Source: Harriotta raleighana
Lineage: Eukaryota
Direction of reading: 5' to 3'
DNA: 64,000 bases
NCBI GenBank assembly: GCA_050575255.1
Contig: JBNZDD010013604.1
Location: forward strand, 330,310-394,309
Position 1 is the stretch's first letter, and each line of letters begins with the position of its first letter. Below the pieces are notes generated by a model that saw only the letters and a list, made by a program, of their open reading frames with translations, was not told the origin of the DNA and did not search any database. Of the stretch, positions 24,459 through 37,019 are shown in pieces. Position numbers and translations under genes: made by a program.

Positions 24459-24519
24459 AAACCCCAGACTTGATCTGAGCTTTATTTTTAGACTTCCATA
24501 GGTAATTCATCTACATATC

Positions 24520-24580
24520 CTGTGAAGCGCTTTGGGATGTCCTCCTGACGTGAAAGTCATCATACCAAATGCAAGGATTT
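24520..24580 (+). mobile_element. SINE/L2 tail fragment
   Basis: tgtgaagcgctttgggatgtcctcctgacgtgaaag...caaatgcaaggatt. Confidence 0.7.
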
Positions 24581-25477
24581 TTTTTTAATCATCACGATCA
24601 TCAAAATGGGAGTTAATAGTTTATTTTCGCTATGCCCAATTCCTCCATGCTTTGAAGACAAAAACATTCAATGCAAGTAGTTCATTCCAAGAGCAATTTT
24701 CAGCCTTCTCGGTGCTGGGTGAGGAATCCCTTGTGTTTCTATGCAGTGACTTCGATATGCACTTAGAATGAGATTTGGGATTTTAAGCAGACAACATCAA
24801 CATGAAAATGAGCATCCCATGAGAAAAAGGAATTTCACCCCATTGATTTTATAATGTGTCAGTTGTTTTTAGAAAAAAAATCAGCCAGTATTTTATTTGA
24901 CTGTTTGTTTGCATTACAGTAATAGCAATACTACATATCACTATTGGGATCAGTTATGATACACATCTCCTCAGCGTTGTTTGTGTCATGCTCAAGAATG
25001 TTTGGGGTGAATGAACAGAATCATGTATTGCAGTCACAGTGCAATGAGAGGATTTAAACAATGGTATTCTGGAAACATTGCTGAGTAGTTAAATTCAGGA
25101 TGTGTATATTATCTCTGAGTTAAGCAAGTTCTGAAGAAAAGAACTTCACCCTGAGCATCATGAGAGGTAGATTTCAGGATTAGGTTCAGCTCGGTCACAA
25201 CACTGTGACATCAGCCATAGCAGTCTCGAGAGGGAGAAGGTGAGCCATTTCCGAGCCCACAGAAGCACAATCCTATAAGCCTGTCATGGTTTCATTTTGA
25301 GACCAGCCAGAATAGTCTGGGCACAATCTCCCTGCCTTCGCATTGTGGTCTTAGTTGAAAGTGGAAGCATGGCAGCTGATGCAAGGGTCCAAGCTTCACA
25401 AAGGGTAAAATGTGACATTTATCCTACTAAATGTTCTGATACTTGAAAGAAGCCTCCAATATTTCTATACAATGACA

Positions 25478-25590
25478 TTATAATCCTTGCATTTGATATT
25501 TTGATACACAGTAGTGTCTTATCAAGTTGTCTCAAAATGCTTCACAGAATATACTGTAAAGTGAATTGTCTATATTTTGTGGGCAAAACA
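25478..25590 (-). mobile_element. SINE 3' fragment
   Basis: taatccttgcatttgata...cttcacagaatatactgtaaagtgaattg...gtgggcaaaac. Confidence 0.8.
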
Positions 25591-26277
25591 TTGAGAAGAT
25601 AAGCAGTTGGTTGATCTTAAACACTGAATATTGTAAAACCATATCTAATCTACGAGAAGATATTTCAGTGTTCAGTCTTCTCTGAAGAAAATAAATGTTA
25701 TATCTGTACATTTATAATGTTGTTATAGTCACAGTGATTTAAAAATAAATATCAGTTGATTGGCCTCAAAACCACTGGGAATGTATAGGATGTCAGACAG
25801 AGGACATGACCGCTTCTTCCCCTTTCTCCAGTTGAAAAACTTAATAAATAGGGTAACTATTTTTAACATAATGATTTTGATTTGATCTCTGGGGCTTATC
25901 ACACAGTATTCATGGGAGTGTCATGTCGTTGCACAGTGTCCTATTACCTCTGGGATCTGGACTTGAATCGAGTACACATTTGAAGGGATGAAAGGCTGTG
26001 TGGTAGTATCAATCCAATGTGAAATAAGTTTGTACTTTCTGAACCATTGGGCATACAATGCAATGTACATTTTTATAGCACCTTTGAGGTTGAGTGGATG
26101 TATCAAAGCGCTTGACACTACTGGCTGAATACCTGAGCTGTGGAATAAGAGCCTGAGGTTGAGAGGGGAAAAGATGATCTAAAGGAAGGTCAACAAAGTC
26201 CAGTACATCTTGTAAAGGCCCACAGCACAATGTGAGAATCTAAAAGAATCTGTTTGGTAGTAATAATTGGTTATTAA

Positions 26278-26620
26278 TGGTTTGAGAATTCGCCTCACAA
26301 GTGAGAGGACCTGGGTTCGATTCCCAAGCAGGGCAAAATGTTGGGCAAGTTTCCTTACACCTCACTAGCAGTAAGTTGTTAGTCGATTAGAAAATTGCTT
26401 TTCCGGGGATAATAATCTCTTCAAAAATATAAATAAATAACAATTCGGTCACTTGACTCACAACTGTGTTTGAGACACTGCTGTGCACAATTGGCTGCCA
26501 CATTTCATCCACAAAATACATACAGTTAATTTATGTCACGATATATTCTATGAAGCACTTTGAGACGTCTTGAAGACATGATAAGGGGCTATATCAAACT
26601 TAAGGGTTATTATCATTATT
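26278..26620 (+). mobile_element. tRNA-derived SINE, long variant
   Basis: tcgcctcacaagtgagaggacctgggttcgattccc head, extra segment ctagcagtaagttgttagtcga...gcttttccggggataataat, Deu-like block, tail. Confidence 0.88.
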
Positions 26621-26624
26621 TAGT

Positions 26625-27004
26625 GTTGCATTTTTCACATTGGGAGGATGTCTCAAAGCGCTTCACAGGATTTACTGTATTGTAGTGGCAGTGTATTTGC
26701 AGGTGAAAGTGGCAGACCATTTATACACAAAAATGTTCCATATATAACCATGAAGTGAACGATCAAATTTATCTTGGAGAAACTCCCTTCTTTTTTTCAG
26801 AATGTGCCATGGGATCTTTAACATCCACCTTGGCTTATTGTCTGATCCACAGGATAGACCTGTAAATACAGCAGTCCCTCAGTACAGTAATGCATTGAAA
26901 TATCAGCCGACAGGTTCAATGTGAGTTTAAAGTTGTGGTCTGTGGTTTAAACCCACAATCTTCTGACTCGGAGGCGTGAATACTACCACCTAAGCCAAGC
27001 TGAC
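26625..27004 (-). mobile_element. DeuSINE (SacSINE1-like), tail-to-tail with the preceding SINE
   Basis: gtgccatgggatctttaacatccacct (antisense Deu core) and ggtttaaacccacaatcttctgactcggaggc...ccaagctgac (antisense tRNA head). Confidence 0.8.
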
Positions 27005-28178
27005 AATTGCAAACTATTCCTAATGAAAAATATAAATTAGATTCCAGTGTCTCTAATTTAGTCCAAATTTGCACTATGTAATTTTTACTCAGAGCCACAG
27101 TGGGAAATTGGTGCATGCACCATGGTGCAGTACTCTTCTGAGGTTTATGTTGAGACATGTTGCTGAGACAGAGTAGCGGGAACTACATTCTGAATTTGAT
27201 AGATCTCAGATCTGACCTGAAATGGTTGATGTGGACACTGGGTAGGGAAAGGAGAAATGTTTTCTTCTCAAGCCTCATCTCGATGAGCAGAACCCTCCAG
27301 GGTTCAGTGACATTAGCTTGCAACACATTGTTTGCAATTTATTTGTGGATCAGTGGCCCAACACAACATAGTGCCAGTCAAAAAAATATTGTGTATCACC
27401 TCAGATTCACTGATGAGGGGGGAAACTTGTAGCACTGCTGTGTTTTATTGCATTTTATAGTGTACTGATATGAAGTGCAGGTATATTATAACACCTTAGA
27501 TTAAATGAGGCATTGAAAAAAATGAGGCATTGAAGAAGTCCTGAGTCTCAGACACAACACTGCAGTTAATGTTGGACGAATGAAGTGTTAGGTTGCCTAA
27601 AAAGTGGGACATTGGAAAATGATCTGCGTTCTGCATGGTGGCATGTATTCAGCACACAAAGCCACACCTGTCTTGCTGTGAGCTAAATGCACCTAAGGGT
27701 AAATGCTGACTACAAACAGACAAATCTTAGATTGTTGCTAGTGGTGCATTGGGAAATGCCTATAGAAACAAAAGGAGCGATGCCTGGAGCACCTAGCTCC
27801 CTATCCCAGAGTTGAGTAGTGCTGTTGATTCCCTTTCCTGTGAGTGTCCTCTGTGAGTTCAGTACTGTGTTGAGCGAGTACTACAGCAACAATGGATCTT
27901 GATAATTTGTTGCTCATCACTTCAGACTTAAAGATGATAGCAATGAATCATTCCACAGGTGGAGGATAGCAAGAGACATTTGCTACTAAATTATCTTCTA
28001 GGAGAGGATGTGTTCATCTTTAATAAACTACTCAGTGTCCTCCCTTTATTGTTATAAATTCACATTGGTGCACATGTTCAATTGGATTAATTCCGTTCTG
28101 TGCATCTATGATCAACATATTCATAATTTGTTGTTTCTTATTTATCTGTAATCTGCACCATTCTATTTATATACATCT

Positions 28179-28397
28179 ATGAACTTCTTTTACTTTTTCA
28201 TTCCTGAACTTCTTGTAATGTGGAAGCAAGTATATATGTTTCAAATGATCTAATTTAAATTTAAAAAAGTAATNATGAACTTCTTTTACTTTTTCATTCC
28301 TGAACTTCTTGTAATGTGGAAGCAGGTATATATGTTTCAAATGATCTACTATAATTTAAATTTAAAAAAGTAAGCNATTTAAATTTAAAAAAGTAAT
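28179..28397. other. Near-identical duplication across single-n gaps (n at 28274 and 28376), probable assembly artefact
   Basis: 28179-28273 recurs at 28275-28375 with one substitution and a 5-bp indel, followed by a third partial copy. Confidence 0.8.
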
Positions 28398-28485
28398 AAG
28401 AACAATTCGTGCTTATTTAGCTTTCATCATGTAAGGAAATATTTCAGAGGGACAGAGAGGCGGGAACCTGAGCAGGTTGGCAGAT

Positions 28486-28825
28486 AACAACAACAATAAC
28501 AACAACTTGGATTTATATAGCCCTCTTCACGCCAAACGGATAGGAGAGAGGTGGCCAATGATGCAGTCAAAGAGACTGATTTCTGAAAGCAGAGGGAAGG
28601 AAGGAGATAGAGGGATTTAGGAAGAGAGTTCTTCAGTGGAGGGGCAAAGTGGCTGAAAATTTGTCTACTGATGGTGTGGCGAAGGTTAGAGGCAAAGTCA
28701 AGCAAACCAAGTTAGCAGAATGGAAGGAATGGGTGGGAGCAGAAGACCACAGGAGATTGCAGAGATAGGGTGGGACAAGGGCATGGAGACGTCTGGAGAT
28801 TAGAATAAGGAATTTAAAGTCAAGG
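28486..28825 (-). mobile_element. L2 LINE 3' fragment
   Basis: (AAC)n tail with ttggatttatatagc, then gggatttaggaagagagttc...gggtgggacaagggcatggag...aggaatttaaag (antisense FKFL..LHALVPPYLCNLL). Confidence 0.8.
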
Positions 28826-31137
28826 GCAAGCTTCCTCTTATCATGCTCCCAAATTTGGATTTGTGCCAGTGAAGCAACGTAATGCTATTATTGGGTATAA
28901 TTTGCAAAATAGGGAAATTAGGTGATTCTGGAATTCTTTTCATTGGTTGTTAATTATATATCAAGTGCACTTGCAATTCCCTCAGTACACTTGGTTTACA
29001 TATCTCGGAAATTAAACCTCTACGTATTAGGTTTCCCTAATAGGGCATGGTCACCGTTTAAAAAAACAGTGATGGACTTCACACTGCTAAGCTGACATTG
29101 TAATTGTTTCCTGATGACTTTGATGTAACATATCTTCCCTGACTAGAGATGTTTTGTACAGGGTCAAGCGAACTTCACGGTCTTTCAGAAAAAACATTCT
29201 AAAAAATAATCGAAATGACACTCGACGGTAATACAAATTCACAAAAATTCTTTAATTCTTCACTTATCTCACTTTCTCTGCTACCCTACTAATCCTACTG
29301 CAGCTATGTACTTTGTGCCTTGGCCCTTTACCCAGCTTCTTAATAAAAAAAATGCATCTTCTATAAATAAAGGTAGTTACCATGAAATAATTGATATAGT
29401 CCCAGCCTGTGTGTACAGTAAGGGCTTGAAAAAGTGTAGTTCATAAAGTTATTCGTGCTTTTGAATGGCTTTCAATTTAGAATAACGAAATGTCCACACA
29501 GGCAAACCTTGTCTTTGATCTGTAAGGGATCTGACACAAGCAGAAATCCATCACCAATCTGAAGAGTACTCAAACCAGACATATAAGTGCTATCTACATC
29601 TGAAAATTTCCCCATATCTAGGTTTTAATTTTCCTCTCCCCCTGAAGGGAATGGAGGGTTTTAGCGCAAGTTGGCAACTATGGCTTGGGAAGCCCAGATT
29701 GTGCATTGTGGTATGCTGCCTAAAACTGCATAGGTTGGCATTGAGAACACAATCCGGCAAAATTCCCTTTATAAGGCGAGTTAGGAAAGTAAAGAAAGTA
29801 AAGCCTAAAGAAAGTGAAGCTATATGGGTTAATTCTTTTGGTGACTGAGTACAGAAACGTTAATAGTCGTTTACGCACTTCATATGGAGCTGTGATCTAG
29901 TTTTGAAGATCTTTGCATTTTTTTTAATTACTTGAAATGCTCTGTTAAAGGCCCGGGCAAAGGCCTGTACAATTGTCAGAGGAAAACTGGCAGTGGTTGA
30001 TGATAGACATTGTGTCAGATTAACCCAATCATGTAGGTGCGATGCTCATTATTTTCAAGTTCCAAAGTCACCTTTTAAATTGAGGGTGATTCTGATGTCT
30101 GCGGAGGATATTTAAGCACATATCTGAAGGGTCTGCAGAATGCTGTTGAGATAGGTTAAAGCCAGCGGAACTTTACCCTAGAGAAGGTGACATTTGTATC
30201 TGCAGCATATGGGACAGCTGAGCTGGAACAATCATATTAGGAGACAATTAGCAATGAGCAGTTTGCCTTTTCTCAGTGTGTAATTCTGGAGGTGTCAGAA
30301 AGTCACGGGTACCCTTGTGTGTACATTTATAGGAGCTATCATCAGTGCACTGAGTAGATTTTCTCCCATCGTATCAAAAATGAAAGAAATAGTTTATCAA
30401 TAAAGAAATTCAATCTGTCTTGTAGGCATCAATTTCTTTGCTTTTGCTGGTGTCTAGGATGATAATTTTACAAAACGTTGGATGATGAAAGCCATGACTG
30501 TGACCCACAAAAGGGATTTTACAAATCTATCATTTTGATGGATCCCCACTGTTTTGCTTTGCAAGCTGCATTGAGATGACTGAAATTCAGATTTTAACAG
30601 GAAGATATATTAAATAATCTCATATAGACTCTCATTTTTGATAATGTCATTCTATAACTAACTACTCTGTTGCTTTTAACATTACACTGTGTGAATGCCT
30701 CTGTTTTTGATAAAATAATATTGGTGGGTTTACTGAATAAATAAGCACTAATATAATTGAATGTAAAATGACCACTGTAAATCCAGTAGTCAACCGGATC
30801 ATTGGATCATTCAACAGAAGCTTTGATTTCTATATATGCTTGAAGAAATAGATAAATTGATAAATGGTATAAATATATATTTTTTAAATATTGAGGTCTC
30901 AAATACAATTCCTCCCAATAACAGGAAGTCATGCTGATCTACCTTCAGATCTGATGGGTTGGCTGTATTTGGCCATCCTTCCTGCCAGAACATGACCATT
31001 GGTTTGTAAAAAGAACAGAGAAACATGACAAGAAAAGGTTACAAAAATAGAACCTTAATTAAGAAATATGCCGTGGGTCGATGGTTCTGTTGATATTCCA
31101 TTTTAACAACAATATTTTTTCCTTTTATCTTGTCTAG

Positions 31138-31257
31138 ATCTTTCTTGTTCTAGTTTGGAACTTTGAACTCTATATGATCCCACTTATCCTGCTCTTGCTC
31201 ATGGTCTACAACTATCTTTTATTGGCAACAGGAAAGGACAACAGAAGGATCTCTATG
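31138..31257 (+). CDS. MCTP1: Internal coding exon (120 nt, phase 0/0) of an MCTP-family gene, first hydrophobic/transmembrane segment
   Basis: Polypyrimidine tract and acceptor (ttttttccttttatcttgtctag|ATC), donor ATG|gtaaga. Translates IFLVLVWNFELYMIPLILLLLMVYNYLLLATGKDNRRISM. WNFELYMIPL is the recalled MCTP1/MCTP2 motif and GKDNR matches MCTP1. Family call is firm; MCTP1 versus another paralog is less certain. Confidence 0.93.
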
Positions 31258-33602
31258 GTAAGAATTCTATTATTTCTTTAATCCATCCCACACTGAAGGA
31301 CCTCTTGATGACTGAGACTTTTAGAAATTTAACCTGGAGAAACAAATTCATAGTTTTTACATCTAATCTAGAAGTTTAATTCTCAACCATCTCCTCCCAC
31401 AAAGCACAGCTCTAACACATCAGTGTTTTATTGTATGTTGACACATTCCTCCCCAGAAAATGCTTTATTGAAAATAAAAATGATAATTTTATTATGAATA
31501 TATGAACAAAATAGTTGCTCTGTCACACTACCCATGGGAAGGCTGCCGTATTGTTGTGGAACACTCAAGATGCAAAGAATAACGAAGAATTAGAATAAAA
31601 AATAAAATGATGTAAACTGAACACTAAAATCTTGTCGTTAAGAAGGATAGAGAACATACATTGTAAATTATTTATAGTCCAAACATCTTACAGGAGGTCA
31701 CAGCTCACCTCGAATCATCTCTGGGGGAGGGACATGGGGAGGGTGCACAGGGAGGATGATCAGGATCCAGCAGAGATATATAACTGTGATAGTTATAAAC
31801 TGCGACATTAAAAACTATCGCAACCATATGCATATCTACATATATATATATATACACATATGGTTGGGGTACTTTTTAATGTAATCTTGTTTCTTTTTTG
31901 CATCAGAATTTCTGCTACGCATTGATTGGCGAAAGGTTGAAATACAATTTGTGAAGAAGCCTTGTTGGGATCTGTCGCTCCGTGTTAAACGAGCAAAGCA
32001 CACAATTTCCTTTCTGGTTCCAAGTACTATATTGGTTGATAATAATAGTGTTTTACTCTTCACTATAGCCACAACAAACAAATCCAGGGGGTAACATTGA
32101 TTAGCCACAGGCTTGTAAAGGTTAGGATTTTGTGGGAGGCTTCTGCTGAACTTACCATGTTATTAATTTCCATCTTACCTTATTACTGGAATAAAACTTC
32201 TGATGTGATCTCCACTCCGCTGAGCCTGCTTGTGAACATGTGTAAGGATGGGATCAGTCGCACAAGCAGGACATTTCCTGGTCAAATAACCCACAATCGC
32301 TCACTTTTCATATTCACACATGGACAAAGGCCATATATGTGGATACATGTTTATCCAGAAAGTTATATATATTTAGGACTAATACCCCAATGTACAAATA
32401 TAATTTTTTTTTGAAGGACAAATACGTGTTGTTTCCTCTATATTCACTGTATTTTGCTTCTCCTCAAATTTTCCTTCCAGTTTTCTCCTCATTCTTCCCC
32501 AATCTTCAGGCAGGATCACAGATCCACTGGTGCCAGGTGCCCTCCAAGATTCACCCAAGTGTCTCTTCTTTAAGTGTGGATGCAGTATTTAAACAGTTGT
32601 GGGTGATTTCATCGAGGAAAGCATTCTGTGATTCGGTCTATTCTCACATGTGTCCCTGATGCACTGGAGATCAGAAGCAGGATATTTCCTCTCCTGATTC
32701 CATAATGCTCCCTAAATGTTGCCTCTTTAAAGTTGAGTATTGATTTGTTTTAGGGAGTTACAGTTTTAAAAATGGCTTTGATAATCCTATCTGATTTGAA
32801 AAGAAAAAGCATTGATGGCTTTGGAGCAGGTCTGCTGTTTGGGCTCTCATTAGGGAATGGGGCTAAGGTCCCATGTGACCCAAGAAAGTCAAAGTGCAAA
32901 TACCTTTTCCAAAAAATATATCGACGACCTTCGACTGAAAACAATGGAGTTATTTTCCTGTTTCATTTTAATGTTTTTCCCTACACTTCAGACTTGCAGT
33001 GTCACTCACACTCAGAATTCAGAGTGGGGTCCAGGTCCAAACCTTGTATCACTTCCCCCAGAAACAGTGAGTACGAGATGCCCTGCAGCAGTGAAGAGCC
33101 AATCATTATGGCGCAGGCTCATTAGTTGGGCATTGGAGGGGGTAGGGCATCATTTAATCCATAAATCAATCAAAATTACCCCCTATTTCATTGAACCTGA
33201 CTTAGAAACAACATACTCTGCCTTCTGAAGCACAGATACCAGCAGTGGACATCCGGTTCCTTTTTCATTAGAGGAAACTTTCGGACGGACTGGCAGTTGG
33301 GCAAATCCACTGCTCAATCGGTCGTGAAAACTTTATAAATCTCTCAAATGTTGGGAATGCGATAAGTCAACAAGGCTACAGAATGTTTCAGCCGATGCCT
33401 TAATAAGCATCATTTTAATATTTGATGACTTTATGAATTTAAAACTATCATAATGACATATAGTTTGTTATCAATTACAATATGAGAAGATGATCAAACA
33501 TGCTATAGGTTAGCACTCCATCTAACTTGTTTTTGGGGGGAGGCATATGTGATGTATTTCCAAGTTCCCTAGTGATGAGGCTGAGAGCATTAATGGAAAA
33601 AG

Positions 33603-33886
33603 TAATAATAATAATCCTTACATTTGATACAGTATTTTCAGTCCCAAGTCATGTCAAAGTGCTTCACAGAATATATTTTAAAGTGAATTGACTGTTTATT
33701 TGTGGGCAAAACGGGGCAGTCAATTGCCCACAACAGTGTCCCACAAACAGTCGTGGATTGAAATGACCCATTTATTTTATTTTTTTCCTTGAGGGATTCT
33801 TAGTAGGCGTGTAGAGTAAGCAAATTTGCCCAAGGTTTCACCCTGCCGAGTCTCCCATTTTTGAGAAGAGTGAGATACAGGCTCCA
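33603..33886 (-). mobile_element. tRNA-derived SINE, short variant, degraded head
   Basis: Reverse complement of tail, Deu-like block and ttgcccaaggtttcaccctg. Confidence 0.87.
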
Positions 33887-34273
33887 TTATGTGTTTACAT
33901 ATCTTTTTAAAGGACTCCGGGTTACTTTAAAGGTTCTCCCAGATGAGCATTGATAGATGCTGGAGAAGTGACCACTATTAGTCACACAATTTTATATATG
34001 CTGGAGGGAGAGGATGAGAGAAAGGCAAAGCGAAAGAGCCATCCAGCCATGTGTGAAAATTTTCCATTTTGACAGATATGTGGATTTGATAATCTGTTCA
34101 AATTGAGACCTGATTTACTCCCATTTTAAACCAATATTTCAGACTGCAGTTGCAGGGAAATTTGTTTTAGAGTGCTCAGTTAACCCTTCATTTACAAGAG
34201 AGGAGTGAAAACATGGCTAAGATCACTTTGTTATGCATTGCGTGCATGTGTACCCTGCTCAGGAAGCACCACT

Positions 34274-34330
34274 ACAACAACAACAACAACAAAATGACAT
34301 TTATAGAGTGCCTTTCACAAAGGCGCTGAA
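34274..34330 (-). mobile_element. L2 tail fragment
   Basis: (CAA)n aatgacatttatagagtgcctttcac. Confidence 0.65.
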
Positions 34331-34632
34331 CAGTTAGGTCGAAATCACTTTTATCGCTTTGTGAAGCAAAACATTTCCTGTGCACAGTGGAGTGCACACA
34401 ATGCATAAAAGTGACATTAGTGATGCTTCCTGCTCAAAGGTATAATACACTAGAAGTGACTGCTCCGCCCGGACAACCCACAAGTTGTCCAATTTTAGGA
34501 CAAGAAATCCACTAGTCAGCGCCAGAAGCAAAGGGTACTTTGCTTCCATTTATCATAAATCCTCCCGACGTGAAAGGCGCTATATAAATAAAATTTTGAT
34601 TGATTGATTGATAGTAGACCAGCTACCAGCAG

Positions 34633-35448
34633 GTGTAGTCTTGCAGCTCAGTGGTTTGGGCACTCACCTCGCAAGCTAGCGACCTGAGTTTGATACATGC
34701 TGGAGAGAGAGGATGGGAGAAGTTAATCCCAGCTCCCCCATCCTTGCCCAACTCCATTGGCTCCCCATCATCCAGAGGATCTAATTCAAGATCCTGGTCC
34801 TCACCTTCAAAGCCCTCCATGGCCTCGCCCCACCCTACATCCGTGACCTCCTAACCCCCTACCAACCTGCCCGCCCCCTCCACTCAGCAGGCTCTGGTCT
34901 GCTCCACGTCCATTGGCAGGCGAGGCTTTAGCCACTCCGCCACTACCTCTGGAACTCCATCTTGCAGTCCCTCTGTCTGGCTTCCTTCAAGTCCTGCCTC
35001 TTCGATTGTCCCATTGGTAAGTCCAAATCCCCCCCTTTCCCTCCAGCCTCCCTGTCCCCAGCTTGGGTCTGAAACAATGTCTGCTCAGCGCCTTGGGAAG
35101 TCCTCCTGATGAGAAAGACGCTATACAAGTGTAATTTTGTTGTTGTAGTTGTTGATTCCCATCAGGATGAAATGTTAGCCAAGTTTCCTTACTCTGCACA
35201 CCTATGTTTACCTAGCAGTAATTAGGAACCCGGTTGTCAGTCAGATTGCTTCTCTCGGGATAATAATAATAAACAGAAGTCACTTGATATTAAATCACAT
35301 GACTCTTTGTTGGACACTGTTAAGCACAATTGACTGCCGTATTTTGTACACAAAATATACAGTCAATTCACTTTACAATTTGTTCTGTGAAGTGATTTAA
35401 GACATCTCGAATACATAGTAAGGCGTTATATCAAATGCAAGGATTATA
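34633..35448 (+). mobile_element. tRNA-derived SINE (long variant) split by an L2 insertion: head 34633-34694, remainder 35153-35448
   Basis: The head ends ...gacctgagtttgat and resumes after the L2 tail at tgattcccatcagga...aagtttccttactc, collinear with the intact copy at 60632. Confidence 0.8.
34735..35152 (+). mobile_element. L2 LINE 3' end (ORF2 C-terminus plus tail)
   Basis: Translates PILAQLHWLPIIQRI*FKILVLTFKALHGLAPPYIRDLLTPYQPARPLHSA. Tail gcgccttgggaagtcctcctga...gtaattttgttgttg. Confidence 0.92.
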
Positions 35449-36942
35449 AACAAGCCAGTCCTTTACTGAAGAGCATTAATATGGAGGTCGCCTGCAGTAA
35501 TTCCAAGCGTTTTGGAGCATGTAGTTTATTCTTTTGGGAAATAAATTGTGAGATTACTTTAGGCAACTTTAATATACTACCAAATATTTCAGCTTTTTTT
35601 CCCTATATTTTGCTTTTGAATATTTTGATCGTACCATCAGGGTACTTAATGGTGATATATATAGTTTTTCAACTACTCTGGCATCTCCATGGCCCGAAAG
35701 CTAATTCCTTAATCTATCCAGTTCAACTAGTTTAGTTTAAGAAAGTTTGGGACTATTTTAGATGTCAAGAAACTACACTCGCTTGTGTTTTTGTTCATTA
35801 GGGACCACAGGTTAGAATGATAGGTGAGCATACGTGAGGGCTGTTCTAAGATTACTAAGCCAGTTCTGCTCCAGCAGGGCGAACATTCACGCATTTGTCT
35901 GATAAAAGCATCAGACATGCAACTGCAGTTTGAATCTGCTCACGTCCAGTAGTTGAGCTCGTGATAAAACAATGAGTCAGGCAGGAGTATTCAGTAAGGC
36001 TGTTTCAACATTGATCATTTTCAGACAAAAAAAGTATCAGTTCGTCTACCCTCAAATACCATGTTTGATAATATAAATGAATTGAGAATGCCTGAAAACA
36101 ATATATTTTGAGCCCACCCTTACTGATGAGGAAATTCTGTTGGTGCCTGATAAGAAACCTCCTATTTCTTCCTTGAAATTGACATCTAATGACCAGTGTG
36201 GCCTTGATCTTTCCCTTTCACATCATTTTTCACCACGGCCCCCATCGCAAATGAATTACACTTTGTGTGATCTCAACAGATGCAAATGCCATATTCGTAG
36301 AACAGACTAAGCTCCGACAAAAGCTCAACAAATGGAAGTGTTTACACACTGAGCCGCATGATTCAATTTCAAAAAATGTTCAGTTGAACAAGACAATATG
36401 TGTGAACAGTACATACTCTAGTTATTGCCGGTTGCAGATAAGAGTTAATATTCTGTGATATCAGTACTTGATATCAAACATGTCAAAAGTCATCAAAGAG
36501 TCTATGGAGCAGGGATTTTTTTTTGACAAGCGCAAACATATAAAACGCTGAGCCAATGCAAGATGTTTGACATTGCAGTCAGTATTTTAGTAGTGAACCT
36601 TTCTCACATATATTTGAGTTCCCCTTCTCCTGAACTTTAATCTTCCTTCCTGTACATGTGCTACGTGCTGGGGAAGAGCAGAAACAAAACAGGAATCAAG
36701 CAGTTGAACACTAACTGACAAAGGAGTTCAGTTGACAGAATTCCTTATGCCACCTCTGAAATTTCTAGCACAAGCTAAACCGATCAATCTTGCCGCACAG
36801 TCTGCGGCTGCGATTCCTAAAAAGAACCCTGATTTAGCTAAGAGAGCTTGTGCATAAATTTAGCATTTTGCTGTTAGACAAATTATGAAACGAATAATGA
36901 TTGTGATGAATGTAACTCCCTGTGAAGCTGTGCTTGTTTGTT

Positions 36943-37019
36943 GGGGTGAAAATTACAATGTTTCATAATAGATTCGATGTCACATTAAATCTGTTATGAA
37001 ACATCCCATTTTTCACCCC
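36943..37019. repeat. 77-nt hairpin
   Basis: ggggtgaaaattacaatgtttcataatagatt versus reverse complement of right arm ggggtgaaaaatgggatgtttcataacagatt. Confidence 0.8.

Noticed and set aside
30155-30186. ag|GTTAAAGCCAGC...CCTAGAGAAG|gt resembling the upstream MCTP exon VKAS.RT..P.E
   Set aside because: Needs indels, has an in-frame TAG and no polypyrimidine tract, and the intervening exon is absent. Most likely coincidence.
32190-32700. Mixed direct (aagcagga.atttcct) and inverted short matches
   Set aside because: Fragmentary, with no consistent axis or element boundaries.
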